DNA of 54,055 nt from Candidatus Thalassarchaeaceae archaeon (GTDB lineage Archaea > Thermoplasmatota > Poseidoniia > Poseidoniales > Thalassarchaeaceae). Of this stretch, positions 35,854-45,782 are shown piece after piece (position 1 is the first letter of the stretch; each line of letters opens with the position of its first letter). Under the pieces are notes generated by a model that searched no databases, had not been told where the DNA came from, and saw only the letters and a program-made list of their open reading frames with translations. The DNA lies in assembly GCA_030747675.1 (NCBI GenBank), contig JASLKH010000014.1, positions 1 to 54,055 on the forward strand, written 5' to 3'. Made by a program: the position numbers and the translations under genes.

Positions 35854-35908
35854 CCCGCTCCCCAATACACACTTGTCAGAACAGGGAACACGTAGTGTTC
35901 CACAACAT

Positions 35909-37321
35909 TCAATCATTCAATGCTGCAATGGCTGCTGACAAGCATGTTGTGACGGATTTTGTGGCAGGAATATGCAATTTTTCGTCTGGACCGTGCGCAT
36001 TTCCACCGGGTCCGAGACTACCAGTAACCAAGAAATCGGCTTTAGGGTATTTTTCTTGCATCATTGCAAGGAAAGGTATTGTCCCTCCCTCAAAGAATAC
36101 TTGCATAGGGTTACCAAAAGTGGCGAGGCTCGCTTCATTCAAAACGTTGCGAAATGAGGGGACCATTGGAGGTGCTGCAAAGCCGTTTGCTGCAGCATCA
36201 GCCTCAAATGAAACATGTGCCCCATGTGGAGCATCTTTCTCAAGAATAGTTCGCATCATTTCTGAAGCGTGTTCTGATTCAACCCCTGGTGGAATACGCA
36301 TGCTCAGTTTTAACGAAGTGTGGGTTCTCAGCACATTACCTGCATCTTTCAAAGCGGGCATCCCATCTGCACCTGTAACTGACAATGACGGACGCCAGTT
36401 GCCTGAAAGAATAATTTCTGAAAGACCTGGTGTTTGTGGTTCTACACCTTCCAGTGCAGGAAGATCTGTCCAAACTTTGTTGCCGAGAACGTTTGCTATT
36501 CCATCAGCCTCACCACGCAACTCTTCGGAAATATCGACTGATAGTTCAGGCAACAATACCTGACCTGTTTCTTCATCTTCAATTCGACTTACTAATGAAC
36601 GGGCTATACGGAACGATGACGGAATAATCCCACCTGCCATTCCAGAATGGACGCCTTCCTTACTCACTCCCACTCGTAGAGTTCCTCCAACCAATCCACG
36701 TAAACTGGTAGTAACCCATAATCGCTCATAATCTCCTGCACCTGAATCCATGACTACAACCAAATTTGGAGTGCCAAGTAAGTCAGACAATTCATCCAAA
36801 TAAGCAGGTAAGTCAAATGACCCGGATTCTTCACATGTCTCAATTAAGAAAGTTGCCTTTGGATGAGGAATGTTGTGCTGTTGTAAAGCCAGAATCGAAA
36901 GCACACTAAGGTAGCCACCATAGCCGTCATCAACTGAACCTCTTCCAAATAACCAAGGATCTTCGCGTACAGGTATCCAAGGCCCTTTGCCTTCAGACCA
37001 ACCTGTAAATGGGGGTTGTTTGTCTAAATGAGAGTAAAACAAAACTTCACCTTCAGCAGTACCTTCGACCTGCACAATCAATACTGGAGTTCGACCTTGT
37101 AAACGATGAACTGAGCATGCCATCCCCTGCATCGGAAGGGTGCCTAACCAGCTAACAAAGTGGTCTATTGTTGCATCCAGATATCCATTTTCCGCCCAAT
37201 CAGGATCGAACGCTGGAGACAATGCTGGGATCTCAATAAATTCTGACAAAGATGGTAAAGCGTGTTCTTCCCATTGCTTCTCAACCCAAGCGTGAATCTG
37301 TGCATAATCAATCGCTGCCAT
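35909..37321 (-). CDS. M20/M25/M40 metallopeptidase (dipeptidase-like)
   Basis: YSHLDKQPP, GRGSVDDG, ETCEESGS, SLRG, VHSG, GGTIPF, NAHGPDE. Confidence 0.92.
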   Translation of the reverse strand: MAAIDYAQIHAWVEKQWEEHALPSLSEFIEIPALSPAFDPDWAENGYLDATIDHFVSWLGTLPMQGMACSVHRLQGRTPVLIVQVEGTAEGEVLFYSHLDKQPPFTGWSEGKGPWIPVREDPWLFGRGSVDDGYGGYLSVLSILALQQHNIPHPKATFLIETCEESGSFDLPAYLDELSDLLGTPNLVVVMDSGAGDYERLWVTTSLRGLVGGTLRVGVSKEGVHSGMAGGIIPSSFRIARSLVSRIEDEETGQVLLPELSVDISEELRGEADGIANVLGNKVWTDLPALEGVEPQTPGLSEIILSGNWRPSLSVTGADGMPALKDAGNVLRTHTSLKLSMRIPPGVESEHASEMMRTILEKDAPHGAHVSFEADAAANGFAAPPMVPSFRNVLNEASLATFGNPMQVFFEGGTIPFLAMMQEKYPKADFLVTGSLGPGGNAHGPDEKLHIPATKSVTTCLSAAIAALND

Positions 37322-37381
37322 GACTGTGCCACTTCCATTCACAGCAAAAGGACTGCTCTCTTTCAGGCTCTTCGTTTTAGT

Positions 37382-40300
37382 CTAATCTTTATTCAAAATG
37401 AATAAGTTTTCCAATTCAAGAGCGCAGCCCCCACAAGTACATGATGGGGGGCCTTCATCTGCATCACACAGTGATAATATGGCAATCTCATGCAACAATT
37501 TTTGCAAATCGCTGAGAGCCGATTCCATTTCCTGGATTGTCATTGTGATTATACGACCTGTAGCCGAACACAATATAGCTGGAGGGAGTACTTCACGCGA
37601 AGGGAAACCTTGTTCTAAACGCGAATTTTCTTGCAACTGTAAAGTTCGTGAATATAGGGCTAATTGCATTCGGTATTTGTCCAACAATTTTTCTTCTTCG
37701 TGATGCCTTTCCTCGCCTTCGGCATCGAATAAGGGATGGTCCCATCCTGCATAGAGATGGGCTGCTCCTGTTGTTTTCAAATCAACAGCCCTAATTGCCC
37801 CTTTACCAGACTCTAGTCGTGAACATATCACAAGATCTGCGATACCGCTAGATGAAATAATGACTGATTCAATGGTGGCTAAATCACGATTGCCTCGAGG
37901 TGTCCAAGTACTGTCATTCAAATTAATATCAATTGTATGCCGAACATTAAATGGCCATTCAGTACGAAGCCCCTCTACAATTTCTCCTTGCCATGATTCA
38001 CCTCTTGAAAGGGCCCCTATTGGGCCAGAAAGGAGTTTTTCTGTCATATTTACCATCAATGATTTGATTGCTTCAGGTTCAAATTCGTGAGGCAATAATT
38101 CCTCAAGAACCATTTCTATAGTCTTAGATTCATTCAGAAAGTTGGGGGATTTATTTGTCCATTCTTCCGATAATGGAGCGGTGAGTTCCGAAGAAGGCCC
38201 TGGATTTTGAAGTCCCACTTCAACTAGCCTATGGAATATTGAACCGATGATGTTTGCAGGAGGTAAACCTACTCGTTGTGCAGCAGTATTTGCAGGGGTC
38301 TGTTCTGAAATTTCTAACTGAATTTTTTGGAAGCTAATTCCTGCTCTTGTTGATAACCAATGTTGACAAAGACATGTTGCTGCAGCATCTAGAGCGGAGG
38401 GGGAAATTCGAGTTCTTCGTTGACGACTTGGGATAGAAACTGTTGCATTATGTTTTACATCCTTATACGCAAGACGAGAGGCTTCATCTAAACGATTCAA
38501 ACGAACTAATGGGCTGGAAGGTATTTGTGGATTATTTAATTGAGAAACATGATGGTATATTGGAAATGACATAGATGAGGGGGCAATCAAAAATTCACCA
38601 TTGTCATCCAATTCCCAGTTCTGTGATTCAAACCACATATGTCCAAAGGAGGGCATCGAAGTGGGGTTGGGCTTGACCACGATTCCATTGTCTGTCAAAG
38701 TTGAATTATTTGGTGCTCCTGCAAGGATGAGGAGGTCCTTTACCCGAGTACAAGCAACGTAGAACAGACGCCGTGCTTCGGCTTGTGTTTGCGCTTGTTG
38801 AACCATTTTCGAAATGTTCCAAACTCCGCTGCTTACCTCTTCTCCAGTCAACCAAGGGCTAGGGTTTGCTGCAAAAATACCTGGAGTTGCTAGAACTCGT
38901 TTGCGAGTATTTTGAACAATTGTAGTTTGACCTTCGCTAAATAATCCTCCAACAATTACACAACGTGCCTGTAGTCCCTTTGAACCATGAATGGTCATGA
39001 TTTGAATCGCATCTGATATTGCGACTCCTTTTGAGGTCAAATCCTTCCCTGCAACTTCTGAAAGATGGGCAACTCTATCTGCAAGCAAAATTGGATCTCC
39101 TCCAACTTCGGTGACCTGTGATTCAACTAGTTGGATGAATTGTTCAGCATCCTGACGGTTTGATAGTTCTGGATATGCGAGAAATAAATCACTATAATCC
39201 AATGTTACTTGAAGTGCCTTGATTACATCTCCTTTTGAAGAAAAGTATTGCCACCGATTGATTAAATTTTGATGTGGGCCCTCCTCTAATAATGTGGATA
39301 AACGGTTGATTAAATTCTCACCCGTCGATGATGACCCAATGAATTCTTGAAGTTGAGTATCAGTTAGCCCCACAAGGCAAGAGCGGGCAACTGCTGATGC
39401 GGCATGACGACTCGATGGCCGAGCAATCCATTGCACAAGTGAAAGTAAAGAAGACACCACTGCTCGACTGAGTAATCCACCTTCCTTATCTGCTTGAGCT
39501 GGAATTCCTGCTGCGGAAAGACGTGCCATCAAATCAGGTAAATTTGTTCGACTTGGCAATAATATCATTATGTCCGAGGGAGAGTATGAAGATTCATCTA
39601 ACAATGTCCGAATTCTTGCTGTGATTAATGCATTTTCCATTTCAGCAGAAGAACCATGGGTAAACGGGTCTAATGGATTCATTAAGTTCGAATCAGGGTG
39701 TTCAGTTGTAGGTATTCTAGCAGGTAATAACCACTCAAATTCTCCTGCTACTTCACTTCGTGAAGATATCAGTGCCTGAGGACGAGCATACCAATCCCCA
39801 GGAAACTTATCATGATGATGAGAGAAAATATTCTCCCACCAACCATTGAGGCGGGTTAATAGATCATTTGCTGTTCGATAATTCACAACTAGTTCGACAT
39901 GCCCCTCGGAACGGGCAATTTGAACTTCAACAGGGACTGGATTACCATCTTGAGATTCCTCAAATTTAACCCATGCACCTTTTGAATTGACTCTAGATTC
40001 GGGAATGTCAGAAGCTGTTTGAAAGCCTCCATCAGCAACATACCTCGGGTCGCGTGCGGCATCAAGGCGCCTTAATGGTGGGGACTGGGTTAATGCTGGG
40101 ATACTACTGAATTCATGGTTATTCGTCAAACGGAGCATTTTGCTGAAATCTGCAAAACTAGAAACCTGTGCTTGACGAAATGCATAGATTGACTGCTTCC
40201 GATCGCCAACACAACAAACAGTGGGTTCCCATGGAGTTTCTGGCCTAGGATGGTTGCTCGGAAGGGTACGTTCGCCCCACAAACGACCCAATAAACGCCA

Positions 40301-42061
40301 TTGTAGTGCAGAATTATCCTGTGCTTCATCGATGATGAATGCACGGTATTGCGCTCGTATTTCTTGTAATCTGGAATACCTAGACTGAAGATCAAGTCGT
40401 AGTAATTCCAATTCGTTTAGACTCTTTGCTGCCTCAGTAGGCTTCTCACAAAATTTATCCATAATTGAAAGAGCAATTTGAATATGGTCGTCTCGCCATA
40501 CATCAAGTGGTAATGCATCGAGAGCGTTGACAACTTCAACCGGGTATCTACTTCGCATAATTCTTGGGCATTGTGCCAATAACAAATCTCCTGCAAGTGA
40601 GGCTACATCATCAAATTCATGAACTCCTTCTCTAACCTTTAGTTCATGGAAAATATCCAGTAAAGAGCGCTGGCACAATAGCATATCAGAAATATGACTC
40701 GTTTCTTCTTCAATTCCAAACGATCTGTCGCCAGAAGGAGGGTGGTAAGGAAGAGGAGATGTCATTCGTATTGGATTTAATTTAGAGTCAGTCGGTAAAT
40801 GGGGAATTGGGAAAGAAGAATCATCCAACAAATGGATTGAATTCGCAACACTACGAATTGTATAACCAATTTCTGATGACCAAATATTAGCAATCAATTC
40901 TCCAAGAGTAGTGGCCTGTTTCTTGGTTTCCTTATCCTTCACTCTACCCCATGTTTGGATAAACCGTGGCCATTCCTGGCTACTAGTCAAATTTCCATTC
41001 GAGAAACTACTTGCTTTTCGACTCAGTCTAGAAGAGGCTGATACGGTCACTGAACAAAGAGCATGTGTCCATAACCATCGATCCCATCGAGTTGCTGGAG
41101 GGCCTCTGTCAATTAATTCAACCAATGCTTGAAACCGTGAACCATCTATCAATCCTGATACTAAATCAAGGGGTGCACCATTTGTTCTGGCCAAATTCAA
41201 CCAATTTTCACAAGCAGAATGGATTTGTCCAATGAATGTATTCAATTGGTCGTCCAGGGGTATCAACAAATCATCTATCAAATCCCGAATATTGTCACTC
41301 GTGATTGATTGATTGTGCTCAATTCGACGAGCCACGGAATCTACAAAGACGCGGTTTGAAATCAAAGAAGAAAGTACTGTACGCATTGAGCTCCGCTTTG
41401 AGAAACGACGGGCCAAACGATTTCGTGCAGCGATTAAATTACTCGCTCTTTCCCCATCAACTCCCACATTGAGGGCATCATCCACTGTACGTAAACGCCA
41501 CAACATATCCAACGCTCTTCCAATTAATACAAGTCGTGTGGAGGGGTCAATTACATCGTTAGTGGGGCGTTCACTAAGATCTGCTCGCCACGGTGCAACT
41601 AGGCGTGCAAGGAAGGAATCAATGGTTCCAATCGGGGCGTCTTCTAACATCTCTGCTAATTGATCGATGAGGCCTTCTTGTGTAATTCGCGAATCACGAC
41701 GGGCTCCTCCATCATCCGATGTTGGTCCCGGTCGAAGACGGTTTAATTCAAACCAAAGCCGATGTTTCATTTCTTCTGCTGCTCGCGTTGTGAATGTCAG
41801 CACTACTACTTCACTTGGTAACAATCCCCCCCAAGCAGTCAGATCTTCTCTTTCTGCAAGACCAATTCGCAATGCACCTCCTGGTAAGGGGGCAGGACGA
41901 GGCCCTGCAGGTAAAAGACGAGTTGCTCTTTGATCAATTGAAAGGTAATGCTCTATTATTCGACCAATGATACTCTGTGTTTTACCAGTTCCCGCACCTG
42001 CATCTAAAATCACATGCATATCGATATTCAAGGCGAGACGTTGGCCTATATTCAATTCCAC
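37382..42061 (-). CDS. addA: UvrD/AddA-like SF1 helicase with a C-terminal PD-(D/E)xK nuclease
   Basis: DAGAGTGKT, LTFTTRAAEEM, GTIDSF, IDEAQD, VGDRKQSIYAFR, NYRT, TIHGSKGLQ, RLFYVACTR; nuclease GIADL...DLKT...QLALY. Confidence 0.85.
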   Translation of the reverse strand: MELNIGQRLALNIDMHVILDAGAGTGKTQSIIGRIIEHYLSIDQRATRLLPAGPRPAPLPGGALRIGLAEREDLTAWGGLLPSEVVVLTFTTRAAEEMKHRLWFELNRLRPGPTSDDGGARRDSRITQEGLIDQLAEMLEDAPIGTIDSFLARLVAPWRADLSERPTNDVIDPSTRLVLIGRALDMLWRLRTVDDALNVGVDGERASNLIAARNRLARRFSKRSSMRTVLSSLISNRVFVDSVARRIEHNQSITSDNIRDLIDDLLIPLDDQLNTFIGQIHSACENWLNLARTNGAPLDLVSGLIDGSRFQALVELIDRGPPATRWDRWLWTHALCSVTVSASSRLSRKASSFSNGNLTSSQEWPRFIQTWGRVKDKETKKQATTLGELIANIWSSEIGYTIRSVANSIHLLDDSSFPIPHLPTDSKLNPIRMTSPLPYHPPSGDRSFGIEEETSHISDMLLCQRSLLDIFHELKVREGVHEFDDVASLAGDLLLAQCPRIMRSRYPVEVVNALDALPLDVWRDDHIQIALSIMDKFCEKPTEAAKSLNELELLRLDLQSRYSRLQEIRAQYRAFIIDEAQDNSALQWRLLGRLWGERTLPSNHPRPETPWEPTVCCVGDRKQSIYAFRQAQVSSFADFSKMLRLTNNHEFSSIPALTQSPPLRRLDAARDPRYVADGGFQTASDIPESRVNSKGAWVKFEESQDGNPVPVEVQIARSEGHVELVVNYRTANDLLTRLNGWWENIFSHHHDKFPGDWYARPQALISSRSEVAGEFEWLLPARIPTTEHPDSNLMNPLDPFTHGSSAEMENALITARIRTLLDESSYSPSDIMILLPSRTNLPDLMARLSAAGIPAQADKEGGLLSRAVVSSLLSLVQWIARPSSRHAASAVARSCLVGLTDTQLQEFIGSSSTGENLINRLSTLLEEGPHQNLINRWQYFSSKGDVIKALQVTLDYSDLFLAYPELSNRQDAEQFIQLVESQVTEVGGDPILLADRVAHLSEVAGKDLTSKGVAISDAIQIMTIHGSKGLQARCVIVGGLFSEGQTTIVQNTRKRVLATPGIFAANPSPWLTGEEVSSGVWNISKMVQQAQTQAEARRLFYVACTRVKDLLILAGAPNNSTLTDNGIVVKPNPTSMPSFGHMWFESQNWELDDNGEFLIAPSSMSFPIYHHVSQLNNPQIPSSPLVRLNRLDEASRLAYKDVKHNATVSIPSRQRRTRISPSALDAAATCLCQHWLSTRAGISFQKIQLEISEQTPANTAAQRVGLPPANIIGSIFHRLVEVGLQNPGPSSELTAPLSEEWTNKSPNFLNESKTIEMVLEELLPHEFEPEAIKSLMVNMTEKLLSGPIGALSRGESWQGEIVEGLRTEWPFNVRHTIDINLNDSTWTPRGNRDLATIESVIISSSGIADLVICSRLESGKGAIRAVDLKTTGAAHLYAGWDHPLFDAEGEERHHEEEKLLDKYRMQLALYSRTLQLQENSRLEQGFPSREVLPPAILCSATGRIITMTIQEMESALSDLQKLLHEIAILSLCDADEGPPSCTCGGCALELENLFILNKD

Positions 42062-45000
42062 GAACGGTCACCTCCAACTGTTGGTGCAAGTCCACAAGCG
42101 GCTTTTACATCGCAATAAGTACACACCATTTTTTCTGGTGTGGGATTTACCTTACCCAAATTAGCAGATTCTGCGATGTCTATTGCTGTTGTTAATCTCT
42201 CAAGCATCCATGCTCGGAAAGAGCTCCCTGTTGGTTCGTTATCCTCATCAGGGAATCGATGGGTTTTCCCAGTTAATTTCGTTATACCCCCAACTTCATA
42301 TTCACTAATATTGTCTAAATAATTACTACATAATTCCAATGTATGTTGAGTATGTCTCCCTACTTCAGAAATACCTGCTCCTATAACCAAATCTCCTGGA
42401 TGGGCAACTTCCCAAGCTCGTGAATATAGTCCAAGTTGAAGTTCATCAAAAAGTGCTATTCGATGTTTTTTCTGAGCGAAATTTTTCTTCGGACCATCTA
42501 CTGATTTAATATCGCGAATAACAACTAACCTATGGGGTTGCCAATCAGGGTTTTCCGAAAAATAAAGTGGAGCAATTGTCGCTTCGGAGGAGGAGTCACA
42601 AACCTCGGGTATTTCAATAATATCTACTCGATCTATTTTTCCAGTCATCTGGATGCTTCTTCCATCTGGGTGTGGTATTTTGAGACCTTTTAAGGGCCAT
42701 TCAATTGAAATCGGAATTGAATCAGAAATTTCAAACTCAGCAAGTAGCATTCGACCCAATTGGCCAGTTGGCTTCATTGGTTTTGGAGAGGTCAACCAAT
42801 CAATCCATTCTTGGTGAGACAAACCTATGAGACTGTGTCGGCGCTGAGATGCAGTAGCATCTTCCCTCTCTAACCAAGGTGCTTCCTGTGCCAAATAATC
42901 TAAAATGTGAGCAAATAGTACCTCTGGAGACTCTCCTAGGTTTGCCAATGATTTTGCTGTCGAAGAATCAATTTCAGCGTGCTCAGCAATTCCAAGAGCT
43001 TTGTCAAACAAAGTCCCCATTGCCCCGTGAATTAAATTACCACGAATTCTAGCGTCGATATCTTCTGTTTGTTCCTCTAAAGCATCAGCTCGAAGTCGTT
43101 TTTGTAACCATCCTTGACGAGGGCATGCTTGCCATTTCTGTAAGCGGCTAGCTGACCAAACATTTCTCGATGGAAAGGTGCTTTCAGAAAATCCATTTCG
43201 TTCATCATAAGTGGGTAAAGTAGTGGCCTTTGGTTGAAGTGGGCGTGGGTCAGTTGCAAGGAGGTTTTTCCCCGTCTTCTTCCCACCGAGAACTGGCCAA
43301 GAGTCAGCAAATCTTGGCTTGATTTCACCAGGTGCACCCGATTTAGTTGGAACAATATTCAATTTACCCACACTCACAAAGTGAGAATGTAAATTCGAAT
43401 CGAGGTACTGAGACTCAGAAGGTACTTCAGTCGGTTGCCGGCGAATGCGGTCTTCCATTAACAATGCATCAAGTGGAATACTGATGGCTGTTGGTTGAAG
43501 AGGGGGGGTTGATGGTGGTCTTGTGTCACGAAGTGCAAGACCCGCACGTTGGCGGTCATTACGTTCGCCACGGCCAAGAATGATTGTCTCAGCTGTTGTT
43601 CTACCTGATGCTTGTGTTATCTTAATCCTAGCAGGTCGCCAAAATAAATGGAAGCCTTTGGTTCGAGAGCTAGATGCTGTATCCCAACGTATTGAATTCT
43701 CAAGAAATTCTGGTCTTGAGACATTTCCAGGGGTATCTGCTCCAACACAATTTGCTAGCCATTCTGCAATAGGTGTAGCTGGTTGGACATCTTCATCTAG
43801 TCCTGTTGCGTCAATCAATACTGTCTCGCGTCCTGCAAAAAGAAGGTGGTGTAAAACATGACGAGCGGTGCGTAATGGCGAATCTGGTCGGTTTATGTTT
43901 AGACGCATTCGTTCTTCTTCATCCATCCAAGGAAGGCGTTCAGATTTCAATGCCCAATTTGTGCTCGTCAAATGGGTTATCAAAATCAAATCTGCCGATG
44001 TTCCCAACGATTCCTCAGGAGTCAATATTCGTACTCTATCAGAGGCTACTAATACATCGGGTGTAGAAATATTTTCCAATAAATCAAGGAACTCTTCAAC
44101 CCAATTTACACCTGTAGTGGGGGGACAGTGCTTCAGAGCCAATTGTGCTTTTCGAAGGGAGGTGATTCCTTCCAGTAGACTTTGAAGTGCCCCAATGTCA
44201 TTGATGTTCGTATCCCAATTTATGTGCTCAAATAGTGAACTTAACCATTCATCACCCGAAAGGGAAGATTCGGGTAACGGTAATTCGATGCCGCTTGAAC
44301 ATCCTTTTCTCAATGAAGGATCTTCGAGCAATGACCGTTCACCGGGAGACAATAATGGTGCAAGCCTTGCAATTAATGATAGCACGCCCCATTGAGTACA
44401 TTCTGCCAATTGATTTGCTTCATCGTCATCTTGCCAGGGTGTCGGATAGGGTTTAGAGGCGAGGGCACGTAACCAACGGTGTAAGGCACCATGGCCGCCG
44501 ACTATGTGCCATGTTCGAGCAAGTGTTTCAAGCCTATTTTCATCTACAAGAGGTGTCCATTCTGGGTTTGAAGGATGTGTTTCGGATTGATACCATTCTT
44601 CTGAAAAATTGAGACTTTTCTGGGCCCAAAGACTGCGAAGCCTGTCCATAGACCAAGCCTCTGGGCCTACTGAAATAGAGGCGAATTCACCAATCCAATG
44701 AATCACTGAATTTGTATTGATTTTCTTGGATTCTCTATGTGGCCGTAGCCCTACATCAATCAATCCTCTCCGCCAAGCATTCTCGCGGCTTTTCCAACTT
44801 GGATCAATGATAAGGACACTTGAATCAGCATTTGAAACAGCCAACCAATCTCGTAACAATTCCATCGATGCATCAATGGCAAGACCGTCACGAGGAATGA
44901 GGAGGCGGTTGGTATTTGATTCAACCAATTCAGGTTCCCAAACTTCATGCTTAGGGACCCATTCTGGTAAAGTTTCGTTGTGTACTGGAATGACATCTTC

Positions 45001-45723
45001 TAGAATTGCACCATGTAAACCAAGACGGTGGTTTCCAATTTCTGCATCTCCCCGTTGACATAGTTGGTGTATGGGGCAAAATTTCAGCAAAGAGAGTAAA
45101 ATTTGACGATCGCTGCCTGGTAAAATAGGAGACTGATTCATCAAAATAATTCCATTAACACCAGTAAGCATGAAGGGATATGGAATTTCCTTTAATGAGT
45201 CAAGTAACCGCCTTTTTTGCAGAAGTGGATGAGTTCCTTTGAGAATTCTTTGAACCCGTTTCAATCTTGATCGGAAACCATCCATCCCTGGCCCATTCCA
45301 ATCACTGATATTTTCTGAATCAAACACCTGAGTTAACCGAGACAACGCACGTGTACGACCCTCGCCCCAATGCCTGTCGGGAATTGGATGTAAGAGGGGG
45401 AATTCACCTTCTTTGGCTCCAAGTACACATTCAGTGTGTAGCAATCTATCACCCGCCACTGAGTCAGGAAGTAGGCGGGGAAGACGACAATCTGCATGGA
45501 GTGATTTGCTAAGAGAGGTCAGTGTATGATGTTGAGATCTATCAATTGGCCCAATTGATTCGCTCTCCAAACGATCAAGAATTTCCTCTCGGGCAGCGTC
45601 ACTTGAATGGATGATAATAACTCGTTTTGGAGTAGGTTGGAGGATTTGATTTCGAGTATACTGAAACAACCATTCAGGGAAACTGCCGGGTGCAATATGT
45701 TCCAAAGTTAATTGATGTGTCAT
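42052..45723 (-). CDS. addB: AddB-like inactive-helicase/PD-(D/E)xK nuclease subunit with Fe-S motif
   Basis: WSASRL...CPRQ, RGNLIH, GKIDRVD, DIKS, QLGLY, CTYC-x5-C. No Walker A recognised. It overlaps the AddA-like start; SD GGAGG precedes ATG 45723. Confidence 0.78.
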   Translation of the reverse strand: MTHQLTLEHIAPGSFPEWLFQYTRNQILQPTPKRVIIIHSSDAAREEILDRLESESIGPIDRSQHHTLTSLSKSLHADCRLPRLLPDSVAGDRLLHTECVLGAKEGEFPLLHPIPDRHWGEGRTRALSRLTQVFDSENISDWNGPGMDGFRSRLKRVQRILKGTHPLLQKRRLLDSLKEIPYPFMLTGVNGIILMNQSPILPGSDRQILLSLLKFCPIHQLCQRGDAEIGNHRLGLHGAILEDVIPVHNETLPEWVPKHEVWEPELVESNTNRLLIPRDGLAIDASMELLRDWLAVSNADSSVLIIDPSWKSRENAWRRGLIDVGLRPHRESKKINTNSVIHWIGEFASISVGPEAWSMDRLRSLWAQKSLNFSEEWYQSETHPSNPEWTPLVDENRLETLARTWHIVGGHGALHRWLRALASKPYPTPWQDDDEANQLAECTQWGVLSLIARLAPLLSPGERSLLEDPSLRKGCSSGIELPLPESSLSGDEWLSSLFEHINWDTNINDIGALQSLLEGITSLRKAQLALKHCPPTTGVNWVEEFLDLLENISTPDVLVASDRVRILTPEESLGTSADLILITHLTSTNWALKSERLPWMDEEERMRLNINRPDSPLRTARHVLHHLLFAGRETVLIDATGLDEDVQPATPIAEWLANCVGADTPGNVSRPEFLENSIRWDTASSSRTKGFHLFWRPARIKITQASGRTTAETIILGRGERNDRQRAGLALRDTRPPSTPPLQPTAISIPLDALLMEDRIRRQPTEVPSESQYLDSNLHSHFVSVGKLNIVPTKSGAPGEIKPRFADSWPVLGGKKTGKNLLATDPRPLQPKATTLPTYDERNGFSESTFPSRNVWSASRLQKWQACPRQGWLQKRLRADALEEQTEDIDARIRGNLIHGAMGTLFDKALGIAEHAEIDSSTAKSLANLGESPEVLFAHILDYLAQEAPWLEREDATASQRRHSLIGLSHQEWIDWLTSPKPMKPTGQLGRMLLAEFEISDSIPISIEWPLKGLKIPHPDGRSIQMTGKIDRVDIIEIPEVCDSSSEATIAPLYFSENPDWQPHRLVVIRDIKSVDGPKKNFAQKKHRIALFDELQLGLYSRAWEVAHPGDLVIGAGISEVGRHTQHTLELCSNYLDNISEYEVGGITKLTGKTHRFPDEDNEPTGSSFRAWMLERLTTAIDIAESANLGKVNPTPEKMVCTYCDVKAACGLAPTVGGDRSWN

Positions 45724-45782
45724 CTCACTACCTCCCCGAGCATACAAGGTCAGGCGTGGGGGTTATTGAAGCATTGGAATTT

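Noticed and set aside
35895-36563. 222-aa + strand ORF and the other short antisense or overlapping ORFs in the track (e.g. 20936-21439, 12048-12539, 24365-24826)
   Set aside because: They are shadows of well-supported genes on the opposite strand or frame, with no motifs of their own.
42052-43170. Cas4 / CRISPR-associated nuclease
   Set aside because: The Fe-S PD-(D/E)xK domain is the C-terminus of a 1.2-kaa protein paired with a UvrD helicase. No cas1/cas2 or repeat-spacer array is seen in the window.
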